A DNA stretch of 46,241 nt from the NCBI GenBank assembly GCA_011364905.1, contig RDNZ01000016.1, positions 10,830 through 57,070 of the forward strand, in the 5' to 3' direction. The notes under the pieces are model-generated. The model was not told where the DNA came from and did not search any database. It saw only the letters and a list, made by a program, of their open reading frames with translations. Shown in pieces: positions 9,372-19,497 of the stretch (positions are counted from its first letter, which is position 1; each line of letters opens with the position of its first letter). Made by a program: the position numbers and the translations under genes. This DNA is from Candidatus Thorarchaeota archaeon. GTDB taxonomy: Archaea > Asgardarchaeota > Thorarchaeia > Thorarchaeales > Thorarchaeaceae.

Positions 9372-9379
9372 TATATATA
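9372..9379 (-). promoter_or_regulatory. TATA box of the small-peptide operon
   Basis: TATATATA at archaeal promoter spacing upstream of ATG 9339. Confidence 0.55.
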
Positions 9380-9462
9380 GCGGAGCCACTTGAGAGGGTC
9401 ACAGGACGAAGTCACATCTTGTGACTAGCAAAAGCGGTTTGTGAAAGCCTTTCAGACCCTAC

Positions 9463-11178
9463 CTACTTCTTAATCGCCTTCATCAGTTCCTTCAGATGGT
9501 AGGTGTTGATGACGTCATTCGAGGTTAACCATCCCCGGCGTGCTTGAAAGACTCCAAACTGCATGTTCTCAAGCTCTGAGATTCTATGTGCATCAGTGTT
9601 GACTGCAATCTTTAGACCCATTTTAATAGCTGCACGAAGATTACCGGCATTGAGGTCTAGTCTCTGTGGATACGCATTCAACTCCATGACTACATGGTGC
9701 TTTTGTGCGGTCTCAAAGACTCGCTCCAGATCAATTTCGAATTCTGATCGTTTCCCTATGAGACGTCCAGTAGGATGCCCTAAGATATGTACATGGCTGT
9801 TCTCCAGAGCGCGGCAGACACGTTCTGTCATGGTCCCCTTGGTGTCTTTCATCCTGCTATGAATAGACACAGTGACAACATCGAGCTGGGATAAAACGCA
9901 ATCCTCGATGTCAAGACCACCGTCCGCCAAGATGTCCACCTCTGCACCCTTCAGAATCCTCATTTTCCATCTGCCTGATGCGTTCAGTTCGTCAATCTCC
10001 TCAATCCGTTTCAGAAGGCGGCTTTCATCCATGCCATTTGCTATTGTAAGGCTTTGAGTATGGTCTGATACGCAGTAGTACTCGTAATTCAACGCCTGTG
10101 CAGCATCCAGCATCTCCTCAATCGTATTCTTGCCGTCAGATTGGTCTGTATGACTGTGAAGGTCTCCCCGAATGTCGTCCTTGGACAGCAGAGCAGGAAG
10201 CTCTCCTCGTTGTGCGGCCTCAATCTCGCCTTTGTCTTCTCTCAGCTCAGGAGGTACCCATTGGAGTCCAAGTGTTTTGTAGATGCCCTCTTCATCCTCG
10301 CCTGCTACTTTCTTCTCGCCTTTGAAGAGACCATATTCATTGAGACGCAACCCCATTTTTTGAGCAATCGATCGTATTCTGACATTATGGTCCACGCTAC
10401 CAGTGAAGTATTGAAGACCAGCACCGAAACTATCATCGGGCAAAACTCGAAGGTCCACTTGCAGACCAGAGCCCAAACGCACTGACGATTTTGTGGGTCC
10501 TTGAGCCTGAATCGAGGAAACTCCATCGGACTTGACAAAGGCGGCCATAACAGCCTCGGGATCCGTTGCAACCACCAGAATGTCAAGGTCTCCGATGGTT
10601 TCTCTTCGCCGACGAGTTGATCCAGCAATCTCAAGTTTTTTGATGACCTTTAGTTTACGGAGTGCATTCTCTATTCCCTCAGCAGCCAGCATGGCATCAG
10701 CAAGAAGCGTTCTTTCGAGTCCAGCTCGAACAACCTTGATTCCCTCAATGATTTGAATTTGGGTTTTTTCACCAAGACCTGGAAGACCAGAGAGTTTCCC
10801 CTCGTTTGCAGTTCGTTCCAGTGACTCGAGGTCTGTCACACCAAGCTTGTCGTACACAAGTTTGATGGTCTTCGGACCCACGCCTGGGATTGAGTCAAGC
10901 TCAAGGGCTTTTACTGGAACACGTGTTCTGAGCTCCGTAAGAAGCTCCACCTCTCCAGTTTCCAGGTACTGCTTGATAACTTCTGAGAGGCCCTTTCCAA
11001 TACCCGGAATGTCTGTGAGCGCATCCCGTTTGGCTATGGTCTCAACATCCTCTCCCAGGGATGCTATGGACCTCACACCACGATAATATGCAAGAGGCTT
11101 GAACTTGTCTTTGCCCTCGATTTCTAAGAGCAGACCAATCTCTTTCAGAACACGAGCCACCTCAGCATTCTTGGTCAT
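9463..11178 (-). CDS. polX: DNA polymerase X / PHP-domain 3'-5' exonuclease
   Basis: HhH motifs IPGIG and IPGVGPKT; GSTRRRRETIGDLD; YFTGS; PHP motifs DLHSHT..SDG, DH, HPTGR, NTDAH. Confidence 0.95.
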   Translation of the reverse strand: MTKNAEVARVLKEIGLLLEIEGKDKFKPLAYYRGVRSIASLGEDVETIAKRDALTDIPGIGKGLSEVIKQYLETGEVELLTELRTRVPVKALELDSIPGVGPKTIKLVYDKLGVTDLESLERTANEGKLSGLPGLGEKTQIQIIEGIKVVRAGLERTLLADAMLAAEGIENALRKLKVIKKLEIAGSTRRRRETIGDLDILVVATDPEAVMAAFVKSDGVSSIQAQGPTKSSVRLGSGLQVDLRVLPDDSFGAGLQYFTGSVDHNVRIRSIAQKMGLRLNEYGLFKGEKKVAGEDEEGIYKTLGLQWVPPELREDKGEIEAAQRGELPALLSKDDIRGDLHSHTDQSDGKNTIEEMLDAAQALNYEYYCVSDHTQSLTIANGMDESRLLKRIEEIDELNASGRWKMRILKGAEVDILADGGLDIEDCVLSQLDVVTVSIHSRMKDTKGTMTERVCRALENSHVHILGHPTGRLIGKRSEFEIDLERVFETAQKHHVVMELNAYPQRLDLNAGNLRAAIKMGLKIAVNTDAHRISELENMQFGVFQARRGWLTSNDVINTYHLKELMKAIKK

Positions 11179-11189
11179 TTGTACACCCC

Positions 11190-12203
11190 CTATTCGAAGT
11201 CATAGGGATTAATTGACCGCACTGCATCTCTGACAGCAGAGATGTTCTCTTCTGGTGTATCGACTGTGATGACACAGCCAGGAGCAATGACTAGGCGGTC
11301 TGGTCCAGCTTCAACCATCGCATCAAGTACTTGTTTTTGGGCCTCTTCTGGACCACCTGTTCTGAAAATGCCATTATGATCAATGCCTCCGAGAGCAGCT
11401 CCTCGAAACCGTTTCTTACCCTGCTTTAAAGAGAGTGCTGAGCTTTGGTCCTCCCAGTTAATGGCATCTACGCCTGGAGTCTTTGCTATCTTGTCAAACC
11501 GAATCTCTTCGTTCTCTTCGCGAGCATGGAGATGTAGGACAATAAACTTGGCCTTACCTCTGAGTCGTGTAATCAGCTCGAGATCATAGGGATAGACAAA
11601 CTCCTTGTATTGTGCATCTGTGACAGAGGACTGGGTGGAGTGTTGAGAAGCTAGGAATATTCCATCAGCACCAGCGTCGATTGTTGCACGAGCAAAATCA
11701 ACCATGACATCGGTGATTATATCAAGTGCACCTTTCAATATCTCAGGGTATTCATCTGCATACTTGGTAAGGTTCTTGTTTGATATCTTGTCAGCCACCA
11801 TTGCGGGATCGAACACAGTGGCCATTGTGGGAACAACGCCGTGAGCGTACTTCTGAATCAGTCCAACTGCACGAATCTGATTGCCAAGTTCCCCTGAGTT
11901 CACATCCAATGGCTCAAGGGTTTCCCAGTCGCTCACATCATTTATTGCAGCGCTGGTCAAGGTTGTAGAGCCTGACATTTCTCCTTCATAGACTGCCGTG
12001 CAGCCAAAGTCAATACAGGGATAGTGGCCAAAGAAGGATATTTTCATCAAATCATGGTCGAAGAGCCTATGAAAATCAATCTCAGCTTGAGCAAGACCCT
12101 CAGGGGTCCTGTCTATTTCGGGATGATGTTTCCAGAGGGAGATAGGAATCTGCTCTCCTAAATTACCCAAGAAGGTCTCTTTAATCAAATCATATTTCGA
12201 CAT
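11190..12203 (-). CDS. Uroporphyrinogen decarboxylase / MtaA-CmuA methyltransferase superfamily protein
   Basis: AGADGIFLA, LHLH, GGIDH, APGC TIM-barrel pattern. Confidence 0.75.
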   Translation of the reverse strand: MSKYDLIKETFLGNLGEQIPISLWKHHPEIDRTPEGLAQAEIDFHRLFDHDLMKISFFGHYPCIDFGCTAVYEGEMSGSTTLTSAAINDVSDWETLEPLDVNSGELGNQIRAVGLIQKYAHGVVPTMATVFDPAMVADKISNKNLTKYADEYPEILKGALDIITDVMVDFARATIDAGADGIFLASQHSTQSSVTDAQYKEFVYPYDLELITRLRGKAKFIVLHLHAREENEEIRFDKIAKTPGVDAINWEDQSSALSLKQGKKRFRGAALGGIDHNGIFRTGGPEEAQKQVLDAMVEAGPDRLVIAPGCVITVDTPEENISAVRDAVRSINPYDFE

Positions 12204-12331
12204 TGCAAATTTACATGCTGATTACAGAATAATGAGGCTTTCGAAGCAACTAAGAGAGTTCATAGCCAGCAAACATAAGAGCAGAATAGAACCAGACTTC
12301 CAAGTCTAAAACACTATCCGGGGGTTCTCCG

Positions 12332-13525
12332 ATGTCAGAGCTCACAGCCGTATTTGATCCAAAGGCGATACTTGATCTGGACGGTATCGACGAGCTTGAC
12401 AGAATGAGGACAGAACCGAATCCTTACTGGAATCGAGCAAGATTAGAAGTCACATGGAAGCTACCGGTGATGTCAGGGCTCCTCAGCAGTCCACGAATAT
12501 CTATACAACCTATGCGTCTTGCAACACGTGAAGAACTCCTACTGTTTCATGACCCATCATATATCGAAACACTGGAGCTCTTCGGAAACATGGGTACTGC
12601 TTTCTCTGCACGCTTTGGGTTAGATACCGATGAGTGTCCAATCTTCCCAGGCGTGGACAAGTATGCAAGCTATGTAGTAGGTGCAACTATTGACGCTGTA
12701 TTGGGAGTAGCTGATGGCAGATTCGAGGATGCTGTATCATTCTTTGGAGGCCTTCATCATGCAACAGAAAGTCAAGCCTCAGGATTCTGCTATTACAATG
12801 ACTGCGTTATTGCATTAAAGAAATACCAAGAGAAGTATCCAAAAAAGAAAGTTCTCTACCTCGATACTGATGCCCACCATGGAGACGGCGTCCAACATGC
12901 ATTTTACAACGACCCCAATGTCCTGACTATTTCACTTCACGAGCTAAGTATGGGATTTTTCCCAGGAACAGGACGAGTAGAAGAGAATGGCATCGGCGAA
13001 GGAAAAGGATACTCGGTCAACATTCCTTTACCGCCACTAACAGACGACGTTGAATGGTGGCGAGCCTTTGAGGATGTTGTCGTACCAATCTGGCTAGCGT
13101 ATAAGCCAGACTTCGTCTTTTGGGAAGTTGGTGCGGATGGGTACATGAATGACCCGTTGACCGATTTAATGCTGACCTACGACACCTATCAGCGAATGTC
13201 AAAAACTGTCCGTCAGCTTGTCCATTTGGGAACAAGAAAGCTGGTTGTGACCGGAGGCGGCGGCTACAATGCGGTTGCTGCTGCAAAGATCTGGAGTATC
13301 TTATTGGCAGATATTGCGGACATCGCACTGCCTCCGACAATCCCAGCAGAGTGGATTGAACTGTGTCAGAAACACGGATTTCAGGTGAAGAGAGGTGGAT
13401 GGACCAGCAGACCCTTCAGAATGCCTAGTGACCAATATCCCAAGATTCGACGCGCTGTGGATGATACTATTGAGAAGGTGAAGAGCCTGATTTTTCCAAC
13501 CTTTGGACTTGAGGACCAAATTTAG
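12332..13525 (+). CDS. Zn-dependent deacetylase, HDAC/AcuC family
   Basis: GGLHHA, GFCYYND, DTDAHHGDGVQ, GAD..NDPL, GGGGY. Confidence 0.92.
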   Translation: MSELTAVFDPKAILDLDGIDELDRMRTEPNPYWNRARLEVTWKLPVMSGLLSSPRISIQPMRLATREELLLFHDPSYIETLELFGNMGTAFSARFGLDTDECPIFPGVDKYASYVVGATIDAVLGVADGRFEDAVSFFGGLHHATESQASGFCYYNDCVIALKKYQEKYPKKKVLYLDTDAHHGDGVQHAFYNDPNVLTISLHELSMGFFPGTGRVEENGIGEGKGYSVNIPLPPLTDDVEWWRAFEDVVVPIWLAYKPDFVFWEVGADGYMNDPLTDLMLTYDTYQRMSKTVRQLVHLGTRKLVVTGGGGYNAVAAAKIWSILLADIADIALPPTIPAEWIELCQKHGFQVKRGGWTSRPFRMPSDQYPKIRRAVDDTIEKVKSLIFPTFGLEDQI

Positions 13526-14157
13526 TCAAGGTGCAATTTGGCAATGACACATCGATGACCCGTTTCATCTAGATAGACTTCTTGGATTTCAAACGATTGA
13601 AACTCATAAGGGATCTCATCTTCTGTGAAATAGTGATGAGGGATGCCACTCTCCCATCCACTTTGAGGGATATAGGTCCCTTTCTCTACCTCTTTCAGTT
13701 TCCAACCATCGTCCTTACTGGCTGGGCTAGCACGTAATATAGGAAAAGTAACAAAGAGGACTCCATCTGGCCTGAGAACTCGTTCTATCTCAAGGATAGT
13801 CTTTCTGATATTTGTGATTAGATTATGATGTATGACTTGAGTCGAAATGACTGCGTCAAAGAAGTTGTCATCGTAGGGAAATGGTTCTTCCATCCTGTGT
13901 TGACAAAGATGTGCGTTCAGAGATTCTTCGTCAAGCCAGTCTTGAGTCATTCTGATTGCTTTTGGTGATGCGTCAAAACCATAAACATCGAAACCAAGTT
14001 TGGCAAGGTGTATAACATGTCGTCCAGACCCGCAGCCTAATTCAAGGATTCTTGAACCGCTTTTGTCTTTAATCAGTTTCACTACTTTATCAATTTCCGA
14101 GTGAGGACCTGTAAACACCCGGCCTCTGTCGGCAAAGATGCTGTCCCAATCTGGCAT
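13522..14157 (-). CDS. Class I SAM-dependent methyltransferase
   Basis: ILELGCGSGRH, FDAVIS, RVLRPDG; likely start ATG 14157 (MPDWDS). Confidence 0.88.
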   Translation of the reverse strand: MPDWDSIFADRGRVFTGPHSEIDKVVKLIKDKSGSRILELGCGSGRHVIHLAKLGFDVYGFDASPKAIRMTQDWLDEESLNAHLCQHRMEEPFPYDDNFFDAVISTQVIHHNLITNIRKTILEIERVLRPDGVLFVTFPILRASPASKDDGWKLKEVEKGTYIPQSGWESGIPHHYFTEDEIPYEFQSFEIQEVYLDETGHRCVIAKLHLD

Positions 14158-14403
14158 TAGTGAGTTCCTCAACATTTCATGAGTGATATGGATATTGGAT
14201 GTCAGCAGACAGAAATAAAGCACTGGATTCGGTACAACAAAACTCACATCCCTGAGAGGAGCAGGGAGTCGACCCCCTGTCAATCTCAAGAAACTCAGAA
14301 AGACAGAGATTCAATTCATTCAAAGGCATGAGTTCGTATCAAGAAGGCTTTTTTCTATAGATGTTATGACAATCAAGTTACTCAAAACGGCTGTGGGTTC
14401 AAG

Positions 14404-16503
14404 ATGATTAGACTGGTGGGTGTTCTGACTGAAGGCGGCGTACCTATCAAGTTCAAAAGCTCAATGGAGGCAGAAGGAGAGCTAATTCTAGGACCACTTA
14501 TCGAAGCCACAAAGGCATTGAGTAACATAATTGGTAGTGGTGAAGTAAGAAGACTAGCATTCAAGGACAATACAATGATTGTCACAGAAACCAGCAAGGG
14601 ATTCACAGTAGTGGCATTGGTGACCAAGGCTGAAGACTACATGGATAGCCTTCTACGTGTGATTGCGGAGAAGATAGATGAGTCTGAGATTCAGCGCGCG
14701 GATGGATCTGTAAATGAGAAACAGACGAGTATTATAGAGCGGATTCTTGATCCCTACGTGAAAGATCATATCGAAGCCTCCTTTCCTGATGCGCTCTCGA
14801 ACCTGTGGGACCCAATCCATGAAGTACTCAAAAGTGACAGTCGTTTTGCCGAGGTGACTCAGGAGATTGATGCCCTTTTGGACAGACGTGCGCCTGAAAA
14901 GAAGTGGAGCCAATTGAAGGAAGACTTCACGGGCTCGCTGAGCGATGCCTTGGCTCATGCTCTGAGAGGAGAATTTGATAGAGCTTGCGCAATTGCTATG
15001 GGCTGTGAGGGAGAATTAGCAGGAATATTCAGTATCAAGATGGGTGCTTTGGCACACTCGATGACGAAAGCCACTCCGCCGACGCTCGTGGAATTAAAAA
15101 CGATTGCCTCTAATCTGTCCGACAAACACCAATTTACCAAATTTGCTAGAGTTCTAGTTGGATCTATAGCAGGCGAGGTCATACCCGCAGACTATTATCG
15201 TGTTTTCAGGGAATCCATGAATCACTTCGAGTTCATTGATGATGAAGAGCATCTCATACTGGGTTTTCTGTTTCTTGATGCTCGAGTAGTTGACTATTAC
15301 GAGTTCTCTGAAAAACTACAGCAAATGTATAGGGGAAAGTCTGAGGTGTACTGTTCATTCATTGAAGCAATTCAGGAACGGAACAACATCTTTGCTAAAC
15401 TTTATTCCATAACTAGCTATGATGGCTTCAAGGACGAACTTGACTTATACAAGACACAAACCTCCAGTATTTTGAGTAGTATCTCGTGGGTCACGAATGA
15501 GGAATTGATGTGGGAGCTTCAGAAGGAGGGAAAAGCGAACGAGGTTGGAATCACAGCATCGCTGAAGCTACAGAACTATATTGCAATACTAACTGCTCTG
15601 GCGGAGTCGCCAGTCTTATCGATTGGCGAAAGAAAGCACTTTCTTGAAGAGGTACTCATGCTCTATCGTGACTACTTCAGGGACCTCATGAAGACTGAGA
15701 TTCCTCTGTTTGCTTACACCTTGGACAGCGTCTTTCAGAGCGTTGGTGTTACCCATGCGGAGTATTATTTTCTATCTACAGGCAATGCCAGGGAACACCA
15801 TGTTCAGAGGACTATAGAGTTTCTCGGTGACATTTATGAAACATTGGACGAAGAGTGGTCAAAGGCTCGAGTTCGATTCTCCCTTTTCGTTGTCACCAAC
15901 TCCATCTCTCCTGTTCTCACACGGGCAGGAAAGCTGCCAGAAGCAGAGATTCAATTATTGTATATTGCTATGCAACTTCTTGATGTCAATACAATTGATG
16001 CAACACAGATCACGAGACCAACGACATACGCAACATACTTGGGTAACACCAACACCTCACTTATCGCCCTAGCCTCAAGACTGCTTCAAAATGAGATAAG
16101 AGCAAACGCCCTCAAGACTGGATTGAACATTGCACTAGATGTACAGGAGTGGTTCCTCTCCTATGGAGAGGTCATCAGAGATGATGTAATGTCTGCAAGC
16201 TATCACGCTTCTTTGATTGCTGATACGTTGAATGAAACAGAACTGAAGCTAGTCGTTGATCGTGTTCTTGACCTGAACAGAATTGTGGTTCAAGATCCGG
16301 ACAAGTTTGACTATGAGCTAGCAATTATGTCTATGCCCTTAATGGACCTCTTATCCAAAGCGTGGAGAAGACTTGAAGACAAGAAGTACATGGAGATAAG
16401 TAAGGACACCTATGATTCAGCCATTGCAGCATGGAGAAAGTATGGATTCAACGAGAAAGCTGAGAACTTCGAGAGATCTTTTGGAGGGTTTCTAGAGTCC
16501 TAG
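14404..16503 (+). CDS. 699-aa protein with probable N-terminal longin-like domain and long all-helical C-terminal region
   Basis: N-terminal ~110 aa beta-beta-alpha-beta-beta-beta-alpha pattern (IRLVGVLTEGGVPI...LIEATKALSNII..EVRRLAFKDNTMIVTETSKGFTVVALV); domain call is inference. Confidence 0.6.
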   Translation: MIRLVGVLTEGGVPIKFKSSMEAEGELILGPLIEATKALSNIIGSGEVRRLAFKDNTMIVTETSKGFTVVALVTKAEDYMDSLLRVIAEKIDESEIQRADGSVNEKQTSIIERILDPYVKDHIEASFPDALSNLWDPIHEVLKSDSRFAEVTQEIDALLDRRAPEKKWSQLKEDFTGSLSDALAHALRGEFDRACAIAMGCEGELAGIFSIKMGALAHSMTKATPPTLVELKTIASNLSDKHQFTKFARVLVGSIAGEVIPADYYRVFRESMNHFEFIDDEEHLILGFLFLDARVVDYYEFSEKLQQMYRGKSEVYCSFIEAIQERNNIFAKLYSITSYDGFKDELDLYKTQTSSILSSISWVTNEELMWELQKEGKANEVGITASLKLQNYIAILTALAESPVLSIGERKHFLEEVLMLYRDYFRDLMKTEIPLFAYTLDSVFQSVGVTHAEYYFLSTGNAREHHVQRTIEFLGDIYETLDEEWSKARVRFSLFVVTNSISPVLTRAGKLPEAEIQLLYIAMQLLDVNTIDATQITRPTTYATYLGNTNTSLIALASRLLQNEIRANALKTGLNIALDVQEWFLSYGEVIRDDVMSASYHASLIADTLNETELKLVVDRVLDLNRIVVQDPDKFDYELAIMSMPLMDLLSKAWRRLEDKKYMEISKDTYDSAIAAWRKYGFNEKAENFERSFGGFLES

Positions 16504-17331
16504 TAAATCCACTGTGATGTCCCAGAGCTTTTTTTGCAGTTCAGTATCATTCGATGTTTCAGAGGTTTCAATGACTTCCTTCTTTTCAAAACATTTTCCT
16601 GTAACACCTTCAACATCAGGCGAAGATGCCACATATACCGATGTTTCAGCACCTTCCTTCGGACTAAGCTGGAATGGTTTCATCATCCCAAACATGATTC
16701 TTGACATCATACTGTTGCTACTACGTCCGAGATTGGTAGCTACGAAGCCAGGTAGAACTACGTTGACTGCAACACCTGCATCCTTCAGCCGGCGAGCCAT
16801 TTCATAGGTGTGCATTATGAGCATGAGTTTGGCGCTCTTGTAGGCATCCATGGACTTGTAGGATGACTCACACTGTAAATTATCCAAGTCTAATTTCGCA
16901 GATTCATGAAGTCCAGAGGAGAGATTGATTACTCTGGAGGGTGCAGTTCGTTTCAGAACAGGCAGGAGTTCATGTGTAAGTAAGAATGGTGCCAAATAGT
17001 CTAGGGCAAATGTTTGCTCGAATCCCTCAGGAGTTACCTGTCTTTTATTGAATACAGCCCCTGCATTGTTAATTAGCACATCCAGTCGATTGTATTTGTC
17101 CTTGAATTCAGCCGCAAATTGACGAATAGCGCTCATCGATAATAGATCACATAACATCAAATCCACTGAGTGATTTGAGCTCTCACGAATAATTTCTGAG
17201 CGAGCCAGTTCGCCCCGCTCTTTGTTTCGAACAACCATAATGACCTTTGCATCCATCTTAGCCAGCGTCAATGCTGTTTCCTTTCCGATACCTGAGTTAC
17301 TGCCAGTGACAATGCATGTCTTGTCCTTCAA
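16492..17331 (-). CDS. Short-chain dehydrogenase/reductase (retinol-DH/WWOX-like)
   Basis: TGSNSGIG, DVLINNAG, YKSAK; likely TTG start at 17331 after GGAG. Confidence 0.92.
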   Translation of the reverse strand: MKDKTCIVTGSNSGIGKETALTLAKMDAKVIMVVRNKERGELARSEIIRESSNHSVDLMLCDLLSMSAIRQFAAEFKDKYNRLDVLINNAGAVFNKRQVTPEGFEQTFALDYLAPFLLTHELLPVLKRTAPSRVINLSSGLHESAKLDLDNLQCESSYKSMDAYKSAKLMLIMHTYEMARRLKDAGVAVNVVLPGFVATNLGRSSNSMMSRIMFGMMKPFQLSPKEGAETSVYVASSPDVEGVTGKCFEKKEVIETSETSNDTELQKKLWDITVDLLGL

Positions 17332-17418
17332 ACCAATTGCTCCTATATGATGAACATGAGATATACAATTCACATATTTCAGCTATCTACTTTAAGATGT
17401 GGGTGTCCTAAGGGAATC

Positions 17419-17886
17419 ATGTCACTGATCGAGAAATTAGTGGGCTATCTAACTTGGGCGAATGAATCGATATGGAGAGTAGTCAAAGATCTTAGCGACG
17501 ATGAGTTTATGCAAACTCTAGCTACCGGAGCAGGTAGCATTCACAACAGGTATGTCCATCTTGCCGAAGATACATGGGAGTGGTTTCAGGACTGGCACAA
17601 TAAAGAGCCAGAAAGGCCAGATTTTCAAAATATGTCAAGGAATGAGCTATATCGGTTCATTTCCGAATATTCGATGAAGTGGTCGAGTCTGATTAAACAA
17701 AGGTCCATTGATGAGTTCACTGATGAACGTGCAGGGAAGATTGTCGTGATTTCCTTCGATGAGATGATCTTTCACTTGGTGAATCACTTCACCTATCATA
17801 GAGGACAGATTGTGATGGGTTTGAGAATGCTTGGAAAAGAAGTCCCAATGACTGATTACGTACCCTACAGATTCTCTACCAACTGA
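17419..17886 (+). CDS. DinB family protein
   Basis: YLTWAN, SIHNRYVH, HLVNHFTYHRGQI. Confidence 0.88.
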   Translation: MSLIEKLVGYLTWANESIWRVVKDLSDDEFMQTLATGAGSIHNRYVHLAEDTWEWFQDWHNKEPERPDFQNMSRNELYRFISEYSMKWSSLIKQRSIDEFTDERAGKIVVISFDEMIFHLVNHFTYHRGQIVMGLRMLGKEVPMTDYVPYRFSTN

Positions 17887-17987
17887 TAGGCCAAACGAAG
17901 TTGTTTGAATGAAAGACAAGACCATACATATGAACGCGGTTGTGTAAAGTGAGAATCTGCTAACTTGTCATAATCTCGTGGATTGCA

Positions 17988-18434
17988 TCAATACACGATT
18001 CCATGTTCTACATAGAATTTCATCAGTGTGATTGCTTCGCCCCACCCTGCGGCACATTCCAGTAGTGCCGCCCTTCCAGATGGTGTGTCATGATACCCGT
18101 ACTCTCTTAGCCGGACAACAGTTCCTTCCTCAACTGCTTCAAAATTGATTTCAATAGTGGTAGCATAGCTCGGGTCATCAGAATACCACTGAAACACAAA
18201 CCGTTCCGGTCTTTTTGCCTCTAGTACAGGACCTCTAGATACCATTGTGTATTTATCGGGTCCCCAGTCTTTCCAACTGAATTTGATACTTCCACCCGAT
18301 CTTGCATCAACCTCAGATCCTACTGTGAACCAAGCATCCAGACCTTCCCCGGTGGTCAGAGCATCATAGACTTTCTCTGGTTCAGCACGTACAAGCGTGC
18401 TCTGCTTAATCTCAACATCAATCAATTCGGTCAT
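17988..18434 (-). CDS. SRPBCC/AHSA1-like domain protein
   Basis: AEPEKVYDALT..LDAWF, PERFVFQW, AGW C-terminal helix. Confidence 0.85.
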   Translation of the reverse strand: MTELIDVEIKQSTLVRAEPEKVYDALTTGEGLDAWFTVGSEVDARSGGSIKFSWKDWGPDKYTMVSRGPVLEAKRPERFVFQWYSDDPSYATTIEINFEAVEEGTVVRLREYGYHDTPSGRAALLECAAGWGEAITLMKFYVEHGIVY

Positions 18435-18558
18435 AGGAATTCTCCTTTTAATTCTTAACTATAGTTATATAATTATCGTAAAAAGCCTTGCGTCGCTGAT
18501 ATATTGTAGGCTATTCCTGCAACCATCTCAGGTTGGGTGTTTCAAAGGTATTGAGATG

Positions 18559-19497
18559 TCAGTAGTCTAAATCTTCCTTGGCTGGCTCTTCTGGTAGTTG
18601 CTCCTGGACTTTCTTCTTTGAGCCTTTCGCTGCTATTACAGGCTTTTCCACTTCCTTGGCGGCTAGGCCTCTAGCAAAACGCTGGATAAACCCAACTGAT
18701 CTTTTCTGTTGATGTTCATTCAAGAGCACGACCGGCACTATGAACGCCATCACAAGCAAGGGGATACCAATTGTCCACAGACTGCTGATGAGAAGTAAAC
18801 GTGGTGTGGGAGAAATGTCTCCAATGATAAATGGACCGATAAAATGCGCACTCGCCATCGCGATTGGATATGCAAGCAGGGAGTAGCCTCCGAGCATACT
18901 GCCATACCAGCGACCTACACCCTCAGTGTTTGGACATTGTCTTACATTCATCTGTCCTTCCTTGAGGTATGTGACAATACCAGCGTCGTTGAGGACCCAA
19001 GTGGGAATGAACAGTGCAAGGGCAATGGGCATGATTATGAGCGCGCCCATCAGAGTTATGCTTAGTCCGACTAGATATCTTTGATCGGGTGGGAGAGACG
19101 AAAAGTTACCTGCGAGGATTCCTTCAATTAGGCCCGAAACCAATCCTGCAGAGCTTATGCTGAAAAGAGCTGGGGTTGCGCTCCTACGGAGCATTCGATA
19201 ACCGCCAAAATCCTTACCGATATCCATGATGCTGAAATTGTAGGCAGCTGACTTAATCAGACGACTGCCAATAAGGAATAGAGCTGCAAGGGGAAGTGCA
19301 ATGATGAAGTACTCGATAGCTATCACTGGAATTGCTACTCCCAGAACAATCACAATATCAGTGAAGAGCGACCCTTGAATAAATGGAAAGAATTCAAAGG
19401 AGGGGACCAGTATTGTCACTCGGTACATGATATACAAAGCGGCCGCAATTCCTCCAACTGAGAAGAGAACAGGAAATACGAATCTAGCTTTACCCAT
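18559..19497 (-). CDS. Hypothetical multi-pass membrane protein
   Basis: 312-aa ORF with about 6 hydrophobic segments. Confidence 0.7.
   Translation of the reverse strand: MGKARFVFPVLFSVGGIAAALYIMYRVTILVPSFEFFPFIQGSLFTDIVIVLGVAIPVIAIEYFIIALPLAALFLIGSRLIKSAAYNFSIMDIGKDFGGYRMLRRSATPALFSISSAGLVSGLIEGILAGNFSSLPPDQRYLVGLSITLMGALIIMPIALALFIPTWVLNDAGIVTYLKEGQMNVRQCPNTEGVGRWYGSMLGGYSLLAYPIAMASAHFIGPFIIGDISPTPRLLLISSLWTIGIPLLVMAFIVPVVLLNEHQQKRSVGFIQRFARGLAAKEVEKPVIAAKGSKKKVQEQLPEEPAKEDLDY

Noticed and set aside
14181-14330. T-arm-like CAGGG-GGTCGACT-CCCTG hairpin and a Cys-rich ~50-codon ORF on the minus strand
   Set aside because: No cloverleaf, the loop deviates from TTCRA, and the ORF has no SD or paralog support
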